Shown: piece by piece, positions 1 through 8,645 of the stretch
How positions within the stretch are numbered: the first letter of the stretch is position 1
How the letters are laid out: each line of letters opens with the position of its first letter
Origin: an uncultured Dehalococcoidales bacterium
Lineage (GTDB): Bacteria; Chloroflexota; Dehalococcoidia; GIF9; AB-539-J10
Direction: 5' to 3'
Assembly: GCA_964534285.1 (NCBI GenBank)
Contig: CAZHQV010000004.1
Location: 1 to 39,183 of the forward strand
Length of the DNA: 39,183 nucleotides
Program-made: the position numbers and the translations under genes
The notes under the pieces: generated by a model
Seen by the model: only the letters and a program-made list of their open reading frames with translations
Databases searched by the model: none
Told to the model about the DNA's origin: nothing

Positions 1-206
1 TCAAAGCTTGCCTCGGGCAATTGTGTTTTCAGTTCAGCTGCTTGAGCCATTGCTGAATCTCGTCCTCCCCGTCACTGCGAGGCTTGTCCCCGTCCCTGCG
101 CGAAGTGAGGGGGAGGGAGCTCGATGAAGCAATCTCAGCCCAACCATTCCTCTGTCCTCTGCCTCAGCATTTCCTCTTGCTTTCTCCTCATATAAGCGGT
201 ATCCTT

Positions 207-587
207 TTATTCTCGCAGTGTAGCAAGCTCAAAGGCGTTTTCTATCTCATCGCTTTTCTTATGGACAAGGACACCGTTGCTCACGATCTCGAAGCGGAGG
301 ACCGGTGAAGCTATCTTGAGATTAACCAGGTCAACCCTGTCTGTACCCAGAGCTTCACAAATCTTTTCCCGCAAAGCAGCAAGATTGTTCTCACCGGGCA
401 AGATAGGCAGACCAACATCCTCGCCCTTATCTTGCCCGGCAACGGAGCCAAAGAGATAAGCCAGCAAGACCCCTTCCCTTTCAAAGAGAGACCTCAAATT
501 GGCAACCCTCTCCTTGGTATTCTCAGGCAAGGGCTTAAACTTGCGCCAGCGCGCCTTTATGGACACGTCTTCCTTCCAAGCCTGCAA
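207..587 (-). CDS. Nucleotidyltransferase-fold protein, MNT type (HepT/HEPN-partner family), apparently orphan
   Basis: 126-aa ORF. LFGSVAGQ..EDVGLPIL matches the GS-x(n)-DxD Pol-beta NTase core, with the second Asp replaced by Gly. The tail DLVNLKIASPVLRFEIVSNGVLV is typical of MntA-like proteins. Confidence 0.7.
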   Translation of the reverse strand: MQAWKEDVSIKARWRKFKPLPENTKERVANLRSLFEREGVLLAYLFGSVAGQDKGEDVGLPILPGENNLAALREKICEALGTDRVDLVNLKIASPVLRFEIVSNGVLVHKKSDEIENAFELATLRE

Positions 588-739
588 AAACGGATGTCTG
601 TCTATCGCTTAGAAGCCTCCAGTATAGATAGCCCTACCAATTCACCATTACTATACCCCAGGGGAACACCGTTTTCCGGCATCTCAGGATCGCTATCAAA
701 AAGCGTTTACACACCGTCGTCTGAGCGGCAGAGGCATTT

Positions 740-2965
740 TTACTCTACGAAAACGCCCCCCTTCGCGTATCCTGTTACTCCGTATTTTGGGCTGTACTCC
801 AGATTTGCGTAAAGAAACCGCGAGGTCGTGGTGCTTCGGACAATGCTATTCTCAGCCTTGTAGTAAGGCACACGCACCAAGTATTTCGTAACTTCAAGAG
901 GGTGGGTTAGGCTGGAAACTTCTTCTTGATATCGGGTTGGAATAACTTCTATATTTGGGAATTTGTCTCTCCTAGTCTTAGCTATCTTCCTCAAAGCCTC
1001 GCTCTCACTGCTTAACTGCAATGTTTGAATCTGCCACAGATCGTGCCGAAGAGAGTTAAACTCTCTTTCTACCTCTTCCCTCTCTTCTAATAATATTTGG
1101 TTCATGTCTTCTTTGGGGTATTGTTCTTCTACTAATTCTCTTAGAAGGCGTTCCTGAATCTCCTTCTCGTTTATCCTCCTTATTATTCTATCAGCCCGAC
1201 ATATATTATCGTCTCCATAAACCTTGGAGCTTTCTTCGCCTGGTGAGTACACAAAAACAGGAACTATACCCTTTTCACCTTTTCGATTTGCTCTTCCCAT
1301 CCTTTGAATAAGAGCATCAACTGGTGCAAGCTCAGTGTAGAGAATGTCATAATCGATATCTAAGCTTACCTCTACAACTTGAGTGGTCACCGCGATAAAT
1401 CCCTTGTCCTTGTCAGCTCCGGCTTCTATCCTGTCCTCTTTTTCTCTCCGATGCATTTCAGTAAATCTCGAATGATAAAGTACGCAATCTTCTTCTGTTA
1501 AATTCCCTATATATTCAATCTTCTTGAAAAACTGCATAGCTTTTTCTACAGTATTCACTATTACTAAGATTCTTTGCTTCTCTGCGTAACCAGCTAATAT
1601 TGCTTTTGTGGCCTCTTCGATAGGCGTTTCTTTATAGTAGATTCGATGGCGGCATTCTGCATCAAACCCCGGCTCCTCTATAACCGGGACATCCCCTAAA
1701 ATGTCCCTTATACTCTCTTCAACATAGCTTGGCAAAGTAGCGCTTAAGATGGCAAATCTTGCTCCCTTTTCTCTAAGCTCTTCCATTGCGTGAAGAATCA
1801 GGGAAAGGGTATAAGGCTCGTAGGCATGGATCTCGTCAAATATACAAGCACCGGAAGCGGTATTTTGCTCTATTAACTCCCAATGATACCAATTAAATTT
1901 TGCAAGTAGCAGTTGATCCACTGTGCAAATTGTGATGGGTTTCATGAAAGTTTCTGATAGCAGTTTCTCGGATCTATATGATTCAGTTCCCCAACCTCGC
2001 TCCTCTGCGATGACTAAAGAAGAAGAGCCGTGAGCGACGCCGACATCATCTCTGAAATAATCTTTAAGTCTCAGGTACATGGCATTGCTTGTTACCCTAG
2101 TAGGAAGAAGGTAAATTACCTTACCTTCCGTAACATTTCTTTCGATCCAGTGGAAAGCTGCCTCTGTCTTGCCCTTCCCCGTAGGGATTCTAATAAATAT
2201 AGAACCAGCTATTTTCCCTGCGTCTCTTTGAAACTGGTGCCAATTCCCAAAGAGCTTACCTGTATAGTGAAATGACTTTTCAATGTCTGGGAGAAAGATT
2301 TTCCTTGAGAATTTGTAGTCTTGCTGATGCCCGCTAGCGAGCCAGTCAGCATAGTGAAGAGCAGTTACAAAGAAAGAGAAGACTTCTCTAAGCTCAGCTG
2401 TCTCGAATAGATAGAATTCTTTAACTTTTTTGAGGCATTTTCCTAAGTCTTCAAGAGGGGGTTCTTTCAACGAGAAGGGGTATTCGTAGCCAAGTTCCTT
2501 ACTGTGGACTTCTGTAATTTTACAGTAAAATTCTAGGGCGAAAGGAAGGCAATACTTCTCTTCGCTCGCTGCCCTTTTGTAGTCTTCATATAGCTCGGAG
2601 TAAAAGGGAGTATGATGCGAGATAAGAGCCAATGACTCTACGTGGACTTCCTCTAAAGGGGGTACAGCAGAGAAAATAAACGGCAAAGAAAGTAAGGCGT
2701 GGGGAATATCCTTCTTACGCTCGCCATGCATCCTCGCCTGAAAATCTACATTTGCCTTGCCAATATCGTGCAAATACACGGTGGCAAAAAGGCGCGACTT
2801 GAGCTCATTTACCTCAACTCTGCTGGCTTGGGCAATTCTCTTTAGGTTTTCTTTTTGCCAACCGAAAAATTTTAACAGAAATTGAATGGAATTCTCGGTA
2901 TGCTCCCCCAGAGTTTCATCTTCTTTAGCTAGTATTTCAGAAAATGAAGAAGGCGAATTCCCCAT
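740..2965 (-). CDS. cas3: Cas3 HD nuclease-helicase fusion
   Basis: 741 aa. N-terminal HD motifs (EHTENS, YLHDIGK), Walker A IPTGKGKTEAA, a DEAH-like box FDEIHAY, and a C-terminal helicase lobe. It is the last gene of the cas operon. Confidence 0.9.
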   Translation of the reverse strand: MGNSPSSFSEILAKEDETLGEHTENSIQFLLKFFGWQKENLKRIAQASRVEVNELKSRLFATVYLHDIGKANVDFQARMHGERKKDIPHALLSLPFIFSAVPPLEEVHVESLALISHHTPFYSELYEDYKRAASEEKYCLPFALEFYCKITEVHSKELGYEYPFSLKEPPLEDLGKCLKKVKEFYLFETAELREVFSFFVTALHYADWLASGHQQDYKFSRKIFLPDIEKSFHYTGKLFGNWHQFQRDAGKIAGSIFIRIPTGKGKTEAAFHWIERNVTEGKVIYLLPTRVTSNAMYLRLKDYFRDDVGVAHGSSSLVIAEERGWGTESYRSEKLLSETFMKPITICTVDQLLLAKFNWYHWELIEQNTASGACIFDEIHAYEPYTLSLILHAMEELREKGARFAILSATLPSYVEESIRDILGDVPVIEEPGFDAECRHRIYYKETPIEEATKAILAGYAEKQRILVIVNTVEKAMQFFKKIEYIGNLTEEDCVLYHSRFTEMHRREKEDRIEAGADKDKGFIAVTTQVVEVSLDIDYDILYTELAPVDALIQRMGRANRKGEKGIVPVFVYSPGEESSKVYGDDNICRADRIIRRINEKEIQERLLRELVEEQYPKEDMNQILLEEREEVEREFNSLRHDLWQIQTLQLSSESEALRKIAKTRRDKFPNIEVIPTRYQEEVSSLTHPLEVTKYLVRVPYYKAENSIVRSTTTSRFLYANLEYSPKYGVTGYAKGGVFVE

Positions 2966-3656
2966 CTTTACAGCCCTTCACGTCGCAGAATTTCAATCCA
3001 AGATTGTGCACAAAGGTAAAATCCTGCAATCCTTCTGGAACTCGAACACCATTTTTGTTGATTTCGAAGCTTGTGGGAAGCTTTGAAACCTCCGGCAGTC
3101 GAAAGGAATTAGGCTTGGTAACATTTATACTCTCAGGTTTAAAATCCTTTTCACGGTAATTAAAGGGGAGCAAAGTATGCTTGTATATATCGTCTGGCGT
3201 TGCTTCCTCTAGCTCCACCCGAGGAGCCAATCTTATGATCACAAGCTCGTCGCTTCTACCCAGTGTTAGGGGATAGGCTGGATCCTTAAAGGCACTTTCG
3301 ATATCAGTCAGGGAATACTCAAAGCCTGGTTCTACACAGAAGTACACAACAAACATAGGTCTGTAAATTAGCTCCCTCATAACTACAGCATGTTCCGGAT
3401 CCCCACCTGTTTTAAGTTTTGTTATTCCCCAGAGGTCCCTCGCTCTTCCTTGAGCACCCCTGCTGATGACACTCACACTCACCTTTTGATAAGCTTCCTT
3501 CCTCACCAGTTCCTCATCATCTAGTCCGAGGGCTGCTCCTAGCAAGCCCACGAGGGTAGTTTTGGGAGGAAGTGGAAAGGTCTGTTGGTATTTCATAGCT
3601 GAAGGCAGCCGAAAGGAATTAAACGAGCCTTCTATAATAAGCTTCAAAGCCTCCAT
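2937..3656 (-). CDS. cas5: Cas5 (Cas5t-like RAMP)
   Basis: 239 aa. The N-terminus FNSFRLPSAMKYQQTFPLPPKTTLVGLLGAALGL is the canonical Cas5 signature. It sits between cas7 and cas3. Confidence 0.85.
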   Translation of the reverse strand: MEALKLIIEGSFNSFRLPSAMKYQQTFPLPPKTTLVGLLGAALGLDDEELVRKEAYQKVSVSVISRGAQGRARDLWGITKLKTGGDPEHAVVMRELIYRPMFVVYFCVEPGFEYSLTDIESAFKDPAYPLTLGRSDELVIIRLAPRVELEEATPDDIYKHTLLPFNYREKDFKPESINVTKPNSFRLPEVSKLPTSFEINKNGVRVPEGLQDFTFVHNLGLKFCDVKGCKDGEFAFFIF

Positions 3657-3665
3657 TGGTCTCCC

Positions 3666-4775
3666 CTAAAAATCTGTAGATTTTATATCTTGCACCATTT
3701 GATCGATTGCACTCCCAACGCTGAGGATTGTCTCACCTTGCTTAAGCAACCCCTGGAGTTTCTCTTTATTAGGCTCACGGATAAATCCTTCTCGAACACC
3801 AAGTATCACTTTTTGAAGATCAACCTTGTAATCGTCTAAGACTTCTTTAAGAGGAGGTATTTTAACCTCATATTCGCCATTACTAAATTCTACGGTAAGT
3901 GTATTTAGGAATATTGGAACTTTCTTAGTTAATCTGGCGTATACTACAAGCTGGGGGGTCAAATCAATAAGCAAGCGTGTTCTGCGACCCCCTCCCCAAA
4001 GGTATTTAATAGCTTTTAAGAGCAACTCTACTCTTCTCTTTCGAACATCGTTGTCATCAATCGAAAACACCAGATCCTTAATATCAGTTGCGCGCAGAAA
4101 TCGTTCACCTTCTGGACCTTGTATTTCATAATATGCTACTCGCTCCTTTTCCTCCTTTTTCTTTTCTGAGCTCAGCAATCGACGTTCAAGCCCCTTGGGC
4201 AACTCGTCCTTATTAATTAAAGTTGTTTCGTAAGCTTTCCACCTTCCTACTCTGTCTAGCTCTAATAGCACAGTGCACCTAAATATGTTATTCGTAATTT
4301 CTGTTTCAAACATTGAACCACCAGCCTCTGCCTCTCCGGTCGCCTCAACAGCGCTGCGAGTCCCAAGGTCGCGGTCCCCGGTGTAAGGGAAAAGGCCAAA
4401 CGCTGGTGCTACACGAAGCGGTGACTCCCGCCTTCTTGTTCTACCCCCAATAGCACGCATGAACCCAAAAAGGTCATCATCCATGAATTCCTTTGGCACT
4501 CCCTTTGTGACAATCGGAGCCTTAGGATCTCCAGTTGTCTCTAAAGGTGAGATTTCCTTCTCTTTATCAACCTCTGGAAGGTCTGCCAAGGTATCCCTGA
4601 GATACCTTCTTAGTGCTTGCCCTGAAATATAAGGGTGAGCTTTGCCATCAGGTCTTTCCACCTTCTTTAGCACAGTGACAGTCCCCTCTGTCCATCCAGC
4701 ATTCGGATTGGCTACATCTACCTTAAATAACAAGCTTAGTGATATAGCTTTTGACTTAAGTTGTTGATTTGACAT
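3666..4775 (-). CDS. cas7: Cas7 (Cst2/DevR-type backbone subunit)
   Basis: The ORF runs to 4826, but ATG 4775 is preceded by GGAGGGG (MSNQQLKSKAISLSL...). It is glycine and RAMP-like, and the size (369 aa) and position fit type I-B Cas7. Confidence 0.8.
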   Translation of the reverse strand: MSNQQLKSKAISLSLLFKVDVANPNAGWTEGTVTVLKKVERPDGKAHPYISGQALRRYLRDTLADLPEVDKEKEISPLETTGDPKAPIVTKGVPKEFMDDDLFGFMRAIGGRTRRRESPLRVAPAFGLFPYTGDRDLGTRSAVEATGEAEAGGSMFETEITNNIFRCTVLLELDRVGRWKAYETTLINKDELPKGLERRLLSSEKKKEEKERVAYYEIQGPEGERFLRATDIKDLVFSIDDNDVRKRRVELLLKAIKYLWGGGRRTRLLIDLTPQLVVYARLTKKVPIFLNTLTVEFSNGEYEVKIPPLKEVLDDYKVDLQKVILGVREGFIREPNKEKLQGLLKQGETILSVGSAIDQMVQDIKSTDF

Positions 4776-6276
4776 TTTCCCCTCCTTCTTTCTTAGATTT
4801 CTTCTCCATATACTCCAAGACAGCATATATTCCTACAAGAGCCCTATACCTTTTCCAATTTTGCTCGGTGATATCTTTAAGGATTTCGTCCATCGCTTTT
4901 CTACCCAAGACTGGATGCTCCTTCTTAACTTTGTCATCAAGCCTTTCCTCATAAAGCTTAATTTCGTCTACATGTCGTATAAGCAAGAGGTTTATAGCTT
5001 CTAAAAAGTCATCCATAGTGCGGGTGCTTCGTAGGGTGTAAAAAATCCCCTTATCATCGTTTTCAGCAGCAAGTCTTCCTAAAGTCGTGCCTACATTCCA
5101 AGCATCAGATATAACTTTTCCTTCCATGTTCATAACCTCCTTTTCGTATTGGTTCACAAGAAGCCGAAAGTTGTATGCTTTGAAACCGTCCATCGTCTGG
5201 TTTTCTTCCAAAACGAACTTATAGAGGAACCTCTCTATTGTCTCAAATATGTGAGCACCAAAGAGGATACAATATGAAAGGTCTTCTCTTAGGAGGGTAT
5301 CAACCCTGTCCTCTCTCCTAAAGTGAAAGGACTCTGCTACTTCCCGTAGCGCGTTATACTCCTTCCCTGCCTCAGAGCTCCATGATGCAACCTCAAAGGT
5401 TTTCAATGTTTTCTCCACTCCGGGAAGGATATAATATCGTTTTACGTCTACATTTCGTCCTCCCTTTCTGGTATATGCTATTGAAAACACATGATAAATC
5501 TTGTTCCCTATATCCTCCATAAAATCCTCTTCCTTGGAGAGATTCCTCCAAGAGGAGAAGAGAAAATCTAGGAAGGACTCTAGCGGATATTGCGTCCAGT
5601 AGAATGCATGGGGATAATTGGCGACTTTACTAGCTGTGGTGAAAAGTGAGGAGAACCTTCTAATACCCTTATAAAGTTTGATTAGATCTGCACCCTCTAT
5701 AAGTGAGACGTTCCAAATTGAAGAAGCTCGGTCAACGATTTGTTGAGAAAAGAAGAGTTTCAAGCCTGTGAGCTTTGACGCTAAGGAACAATTTTCACAA
5801 ATGACCATCTCTCCCCGCAGGTTGGAGAAAAAAGAGCTAAACTTCTCTGAAGTAACGATTAAAGGCTGATGAGCAGCACCGGCCTTTCTCACGCTCGACT
5901 CCTTACCACAAAAATCACAGATTCCTTTCTTGGCATATTTGGGCAGAGAGAAGAAGCCGCTAATAGCAGGCTGCCCTTTTACCTGACCTGTAAACACACT
6001 AGCTATGCCAGTCCAATAAAACCGACCTAGGTCGGATTTGCCCAAGCTCTGGTTCTTGAGGAAATCGAGGCATTTGCTAAGCTCGCGGTTTATGTCACCA
6101 ATATCTCCGCTAAAAGTTAGTTCTTGAGGCGTTAGTTCTATTTGCACCCTATTAGGGAGCTTCAAGGTTAATCCCTTTTTGTGTTTAGGATGTTGGCTCT
6201 CAAGATAATCCCATAGACTCACAACCCCTAGGTCTATCCAAGGTGTTCCTGTTCTTAGCAATGTAATCTTCTCCAC
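4756..6276 (-). CDS. cas8b: Cas8b large subunit (Cst1, CXXC-CXXC type)
   Basis: 506 aa with a GTG start 7 nt after AAGGAG. Paired CDFC...CENC motifs are characteristic of Cst1. It lies between cas6 and cas7. Confidence 0.7.
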   Translation of the reverse strand: MEKITLLRTGTPWIDLGVVSLWDYLESQHPKHKKGLTLKLPNRVQIELTPQELTFSGDIGDINRELSKCLDFLKNQSLGKSDLGRFYWTGIASVFTGQVKGQPAISGFFSLPKYAKKGICDFCGKESSVRKAGAAHQPLIVTSEKFSSFFSNLRGEMVICENCSLASKLTGLKLFFSQQIVDRASSIWNVSLIEGADLIKLYKGIRRFSSLFTTASKVANYPHAFYWTQYPLESFLDFLFSSWRNLSKEEDFMEDIGNKIYHVFSIAYTRKGGRNVDVKRYYILPGVEKTLKTFEVASWSSEAGKEYNALREVAESFHFRREDRVDTLLREDLSYCILFGAHIFETIERFLYKFVLEENQTMDGFKAYNFRLLVNQYEKEVMNMEGKVISDAWNVGTTLGRLAAENDDKGIFYTLRSTRTMDDFLEAINLLLIRHVDEIKLYEERLDDKVKKEHPVLGRKAMDEILKDITEQNWKRYRALVGIYAVLEYMEKKSKKEGGENVKSTT

Positions 6277-6524
6277 GGAAACGCTCCTTCTTTGAAAAGC
6301 CTACCGTCATCGCCCGCAATGCCAGGACTGGTAGGGTGACCTTGGCGAAACTTGTGCTTTCCCAACCCTGTATCTCTATCCCCTTTCCCGCCGCCTCTTT
6401 TTCAATCCCTGCTTGTTTCTGCCTTATTTCAGACCCCTCAGGGGTATAGCACAGCAAAGTCGACAGAGTTTCTGAGGCTGTGTAGCAAAAGTAGTCTAAT
6501 CATCTTTGGCAAAGCCGTCGTAGC

Positions 6525-6719
6525 TCATCCTTCAATGTAATTCATAGCCTTTGTCAAAGCATCAATTACGTCCTCAATGAAATCTCTGGCCTCGCTCAGA
6601 TAAGAGCCAAATACCCTTGTTTCCCCAACCCCGTATTTGACATTCAGCTCCTCTTTATGCTGTTTCAATATGCTTGTGATATTTTCGAGACTTAAGGCCC
6701 TTGCTCCCGCCATCCTCAT
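6525..6719 (-). pseudogene. Decayed MNT/HepT toxin-antitoxin remnant (fused N-termini)
   Basis: 64-aa ORF. ILKQHKEELNVKYGVGETRVFGSY is an MNT N-terminus that stops before the DxD motif. It is then joined to ARDFIEDVIDALTKAMNYIEG, which looks like a DUF86/HepT N-terminus. Downstream frames are broken by stops. Confidence 0.5.
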
Positions 6720-6852
6720 CCCTCTATCAGTCTCTTGAAGCTGAGTCCAATCATTTGCTTACATAATAATCCACTCCACTCCATTCCTATCTTCCGCCGC
6801 GGCTCTGGGAAATCGTCAGCGTGGCCCCCTGGCCGGTCTGAACTCTCTTCCG

Positions 6853-7596
6853 TCACCTTAGTACCTCTACCATGCCAAAGCCGGCGGAGTTGTTCTCGCC
6901 GAAGCCAGCCGCATAGCCTATGCGGACTAAGTCCGCGTCTCCTTCAATTGTGAAGTGCATAAACCAGCCGCGGACCTTTATGCCCTTATAGTCCATGAGC
7001 TTGGACCGGGGAGGGCGCAAAACCTTCAGGGAAATACCTTCCCCTGAGGGCTCCTTTCCGTAGCAGGCCCGATATTTTCTCTTCAAGTTTTCCTCGAGAA
7101 TCCGGTTGAACTGTGGCTCTTCGGGGCTGAGGTATTTCTTGCGGAAACTCCCGTTGCTGGCCATCTGTCCAGTAGAGACAACTACAGGAGACAAAGTCTT
7201 GAAAGCAGTGGAATGATCGAAGACTGGTTGGCTCAATACTTCAACTTGTTGCACCATGAGCCGCTGGTCTAATACAAGCAGGAAACCTTGTTGCAGAATC
7301 CCTTGCGCCAGGTTGGCGACGAATTCTTTCTTGGGTGACGAAACCAACCAGACCAGTTGTCCTTCCATGATAAGCCCTTCTCTGGTTGCCTTGCGCCTCT
7401 TGCTGAGCAGTGGTGAGAAGGTGAACAGCTTGAATACCTTGTCCTGGTCGTAGAAGCCTTCCTGGTGAAGGAAGTGAGAGAATGTGGCGTCGCCCAGAGC
7501 GAGAAAGGAAAAGATGGCTGAACTCAGCGCATGACTATAGTTGTAGGGAAGACTGACCTTTCCCCTCTCGGGCTGAAGGGAGACCCTGAATCTCAC
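6853..7596 (-). CDS. cas6: Cas6 pre-crRNA endoribonuclease
   Basis: C-terminal glycine-rich loop GFGENNSAGFGMV. I prefer the in-frame GTG at 7596 (VRFRVSLQ..., a typical Cas6 N-terminus) over the tracked ATG at 7641. Confidence 0.8.
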   Translation of the reverse strand: MRFRVSLQPERGKVSLPYNYSHALSSAIFSFLALGDATFSHFLHQEGFYDQDKVFKLFTFSPLLSKRRKATREGLIMEGQLVWLVSSPKKEFVANLAQGILQQGFLLVLDQRLMVQQVEVLSQPVFDHSTAFKTLSPVVVSTGQMASNGSFRKKYLSPEEPQFNRILEENLKRKYRACYGKEPSGEGISLKVLRPPRSKLMDYKGIKVRGWFMHFTIEGDADLVRIGYAAGFGENNSAGFGMVEVLR

Positions 7597-7749
7597 TAAT
7601 CCAATTATACCATGACTTTGATACCATTGACCGAGGCACACTGACCCCCAAGCCTTGTTTCGTCACCCAGACAGAGCACTCGCTCGTATCGTTGCTGGAA
7701 GGTTGTGAAGCGGGGTGATACTCCAGGGGTCAAATCGGTTCAAGAGACA

Positions 7750-8163
7750 TTAGACGACCTGGGCTATCTCAAGCAACCTTTGAGTATCCCAATGCAGGTC
7801 TTGCCATATCTGGGGAATGTTTTTCTTTTCTACCCACAAAGCTTCGCCTACGTCACTGGCCACGTTGAGCTCGCCACCCAGCAGCCTGGCGACATAATCA
7901 ATGTAGATAACGTGTAAGCTGGTCTCCTCATTTGTTTTGACGATCCTATCAAAGGGAATGAGAGGTCTAACCAGCTCTATTTCCAGGTTTGTCTCCTCCC
8001 TGACCTCCCTTTTGATCCCTTCTTTGATTTCCTCGCCGAGCTCAAGCGCCCCTCCGGGACAGATCCATTTTCCCTGCCAGTAGCCGCCCCTCTCCTTCTT
8101 ATGCTTCACCAGGAGGATTCTTTCATCGTCGTCCAGGATCACTGCTCCCACGGCTACTAACAT
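7750..8163 (-). CDS. NUDIX hydrolase, copy 1
   Basis: NUDIX box GGALELGEEIKEGIKREVREETNL. The likely start is MLVAVGAVIL at 8163. Confidence 0.85.
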   Translation of the reverse strand: MLVAVGAVILDDDERILLVKHKKERGGYWQGKWICPGGALELGEEIKEGIKREVREETNLEIELVRPLIPFDRIVKTNEETSLHVIYIDYVARLLGGELNVASDVGEALWVEKKNIPQIWQDLHWDTQRLLEIAQVV

Positions 8164-8394
8164 GCAACCGAATCTACCTTTGCTCCAATTGGCCTGGCCA
8201 GCCAGCCGCAATGCTCACTCTCGGTAGCTAACCTCTCTTGCGTGATCTCCGCCACGTCCATTCCTCCAGAGCCAAAGCGCCGGCCAAGACCGGCGCTGTG
8301 GCCAATGCCGAAAAGACGGCAACTAGCGCCGGATTAGATTGCCACGCTTGGCTCCCAATAGCCGCAGGGTTAGCCAGCGTTTCTCGCCAGCGGC
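7763..8394. repeat. Direct repeat copy A (632 bp), homologous to 10609..11240
   Basis: Read by eye at a constant offset of 2846 bp. The copies are near-identical from about 7940 to 8394 and clearly more diverged from 7763 to about 7930. Confidence 0.85.
8228..8394 (-). pseudogene. Duplicated 3' fragment of the MA-peptidase gene (C-terminal TM tail only)
   Basis: Aligns to the last ~55 codons of the intact gene at 11074..11240. Homology stops abruptly at 8394. Confidence 0.7.
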
Positions 8395-8395
8395 C

Positions 8396-8539
8396 GTCAT
8401 GTTGTGTATTGAATACACGCTCGACGGCTTACCTCCAAGCTATTCTCAAGATACATATAGAGAGAAGTGCGACTTGGTTTATCGGCATATCTTTGATTCA
8501 TACTACGGAGAAGGGCGGAGTGTGTATACGAGGGTGTAG
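8396..8539 (+). pseudogene. Orphan 3' gene fragment, possibly the tail of a type I restriction R subunit
   Basis: The frame opens exactly at the repeat boundary. The peptide CIEYTLDGLPPSYSQDTYREKCDLVYRHIFDSYYGEGRSVYTRV resembles, from memory, HsdR C-terminal tails. There is no start codon or N-terminal body. Confidence 0.3.
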
Positions 8540-8645
8540 ATATGGAGTGGGGCTATTGGAAGGCTTTGGGGAGGCCTTCCGCAGAACCTGGATGTGAAGA
8601 GGCGATTGAGGGCGGCGGTCTTCCGATCGGTGAAGCGCCGGGTTA

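Noticed and set aside
1-191. HepT/HEPN toxin partner downstream of the MNT gene
   Set aside because: Only an 18-codon ORF precedes a stop. The weak HEPN-like resemblance (..EEWLG / AEIAS..) needs a frameshift and is too short to support a call.
588-739. Search for a CRISPR array or leader in the gaps flanking the cas genes (also 1-206, 6277-6852 and 7642-7749)
   Set aside because: No sequence of 24-40 bp recurs with spacer-sized periodicity in any of these gaps.
740-7641. Possibility that the array-less, cas1/2-less type I-B module is a CRISPR-associated transposon (CAST)
   Set aside because: An intact HD-helicase cas3 is present. No tnsA/B/C, tniQ, transposon ends or att-site genes are visible anywhere in the window.
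8238-8597. 119-aa plus-strand ORF (and its counterpart 11179..11433)
   Set aside because: It is the antisense shadow of the duplicated peptidase C-terminus. Only the portion beyond 8395 has protein-like sequence, and that is reported separately as a fragment.
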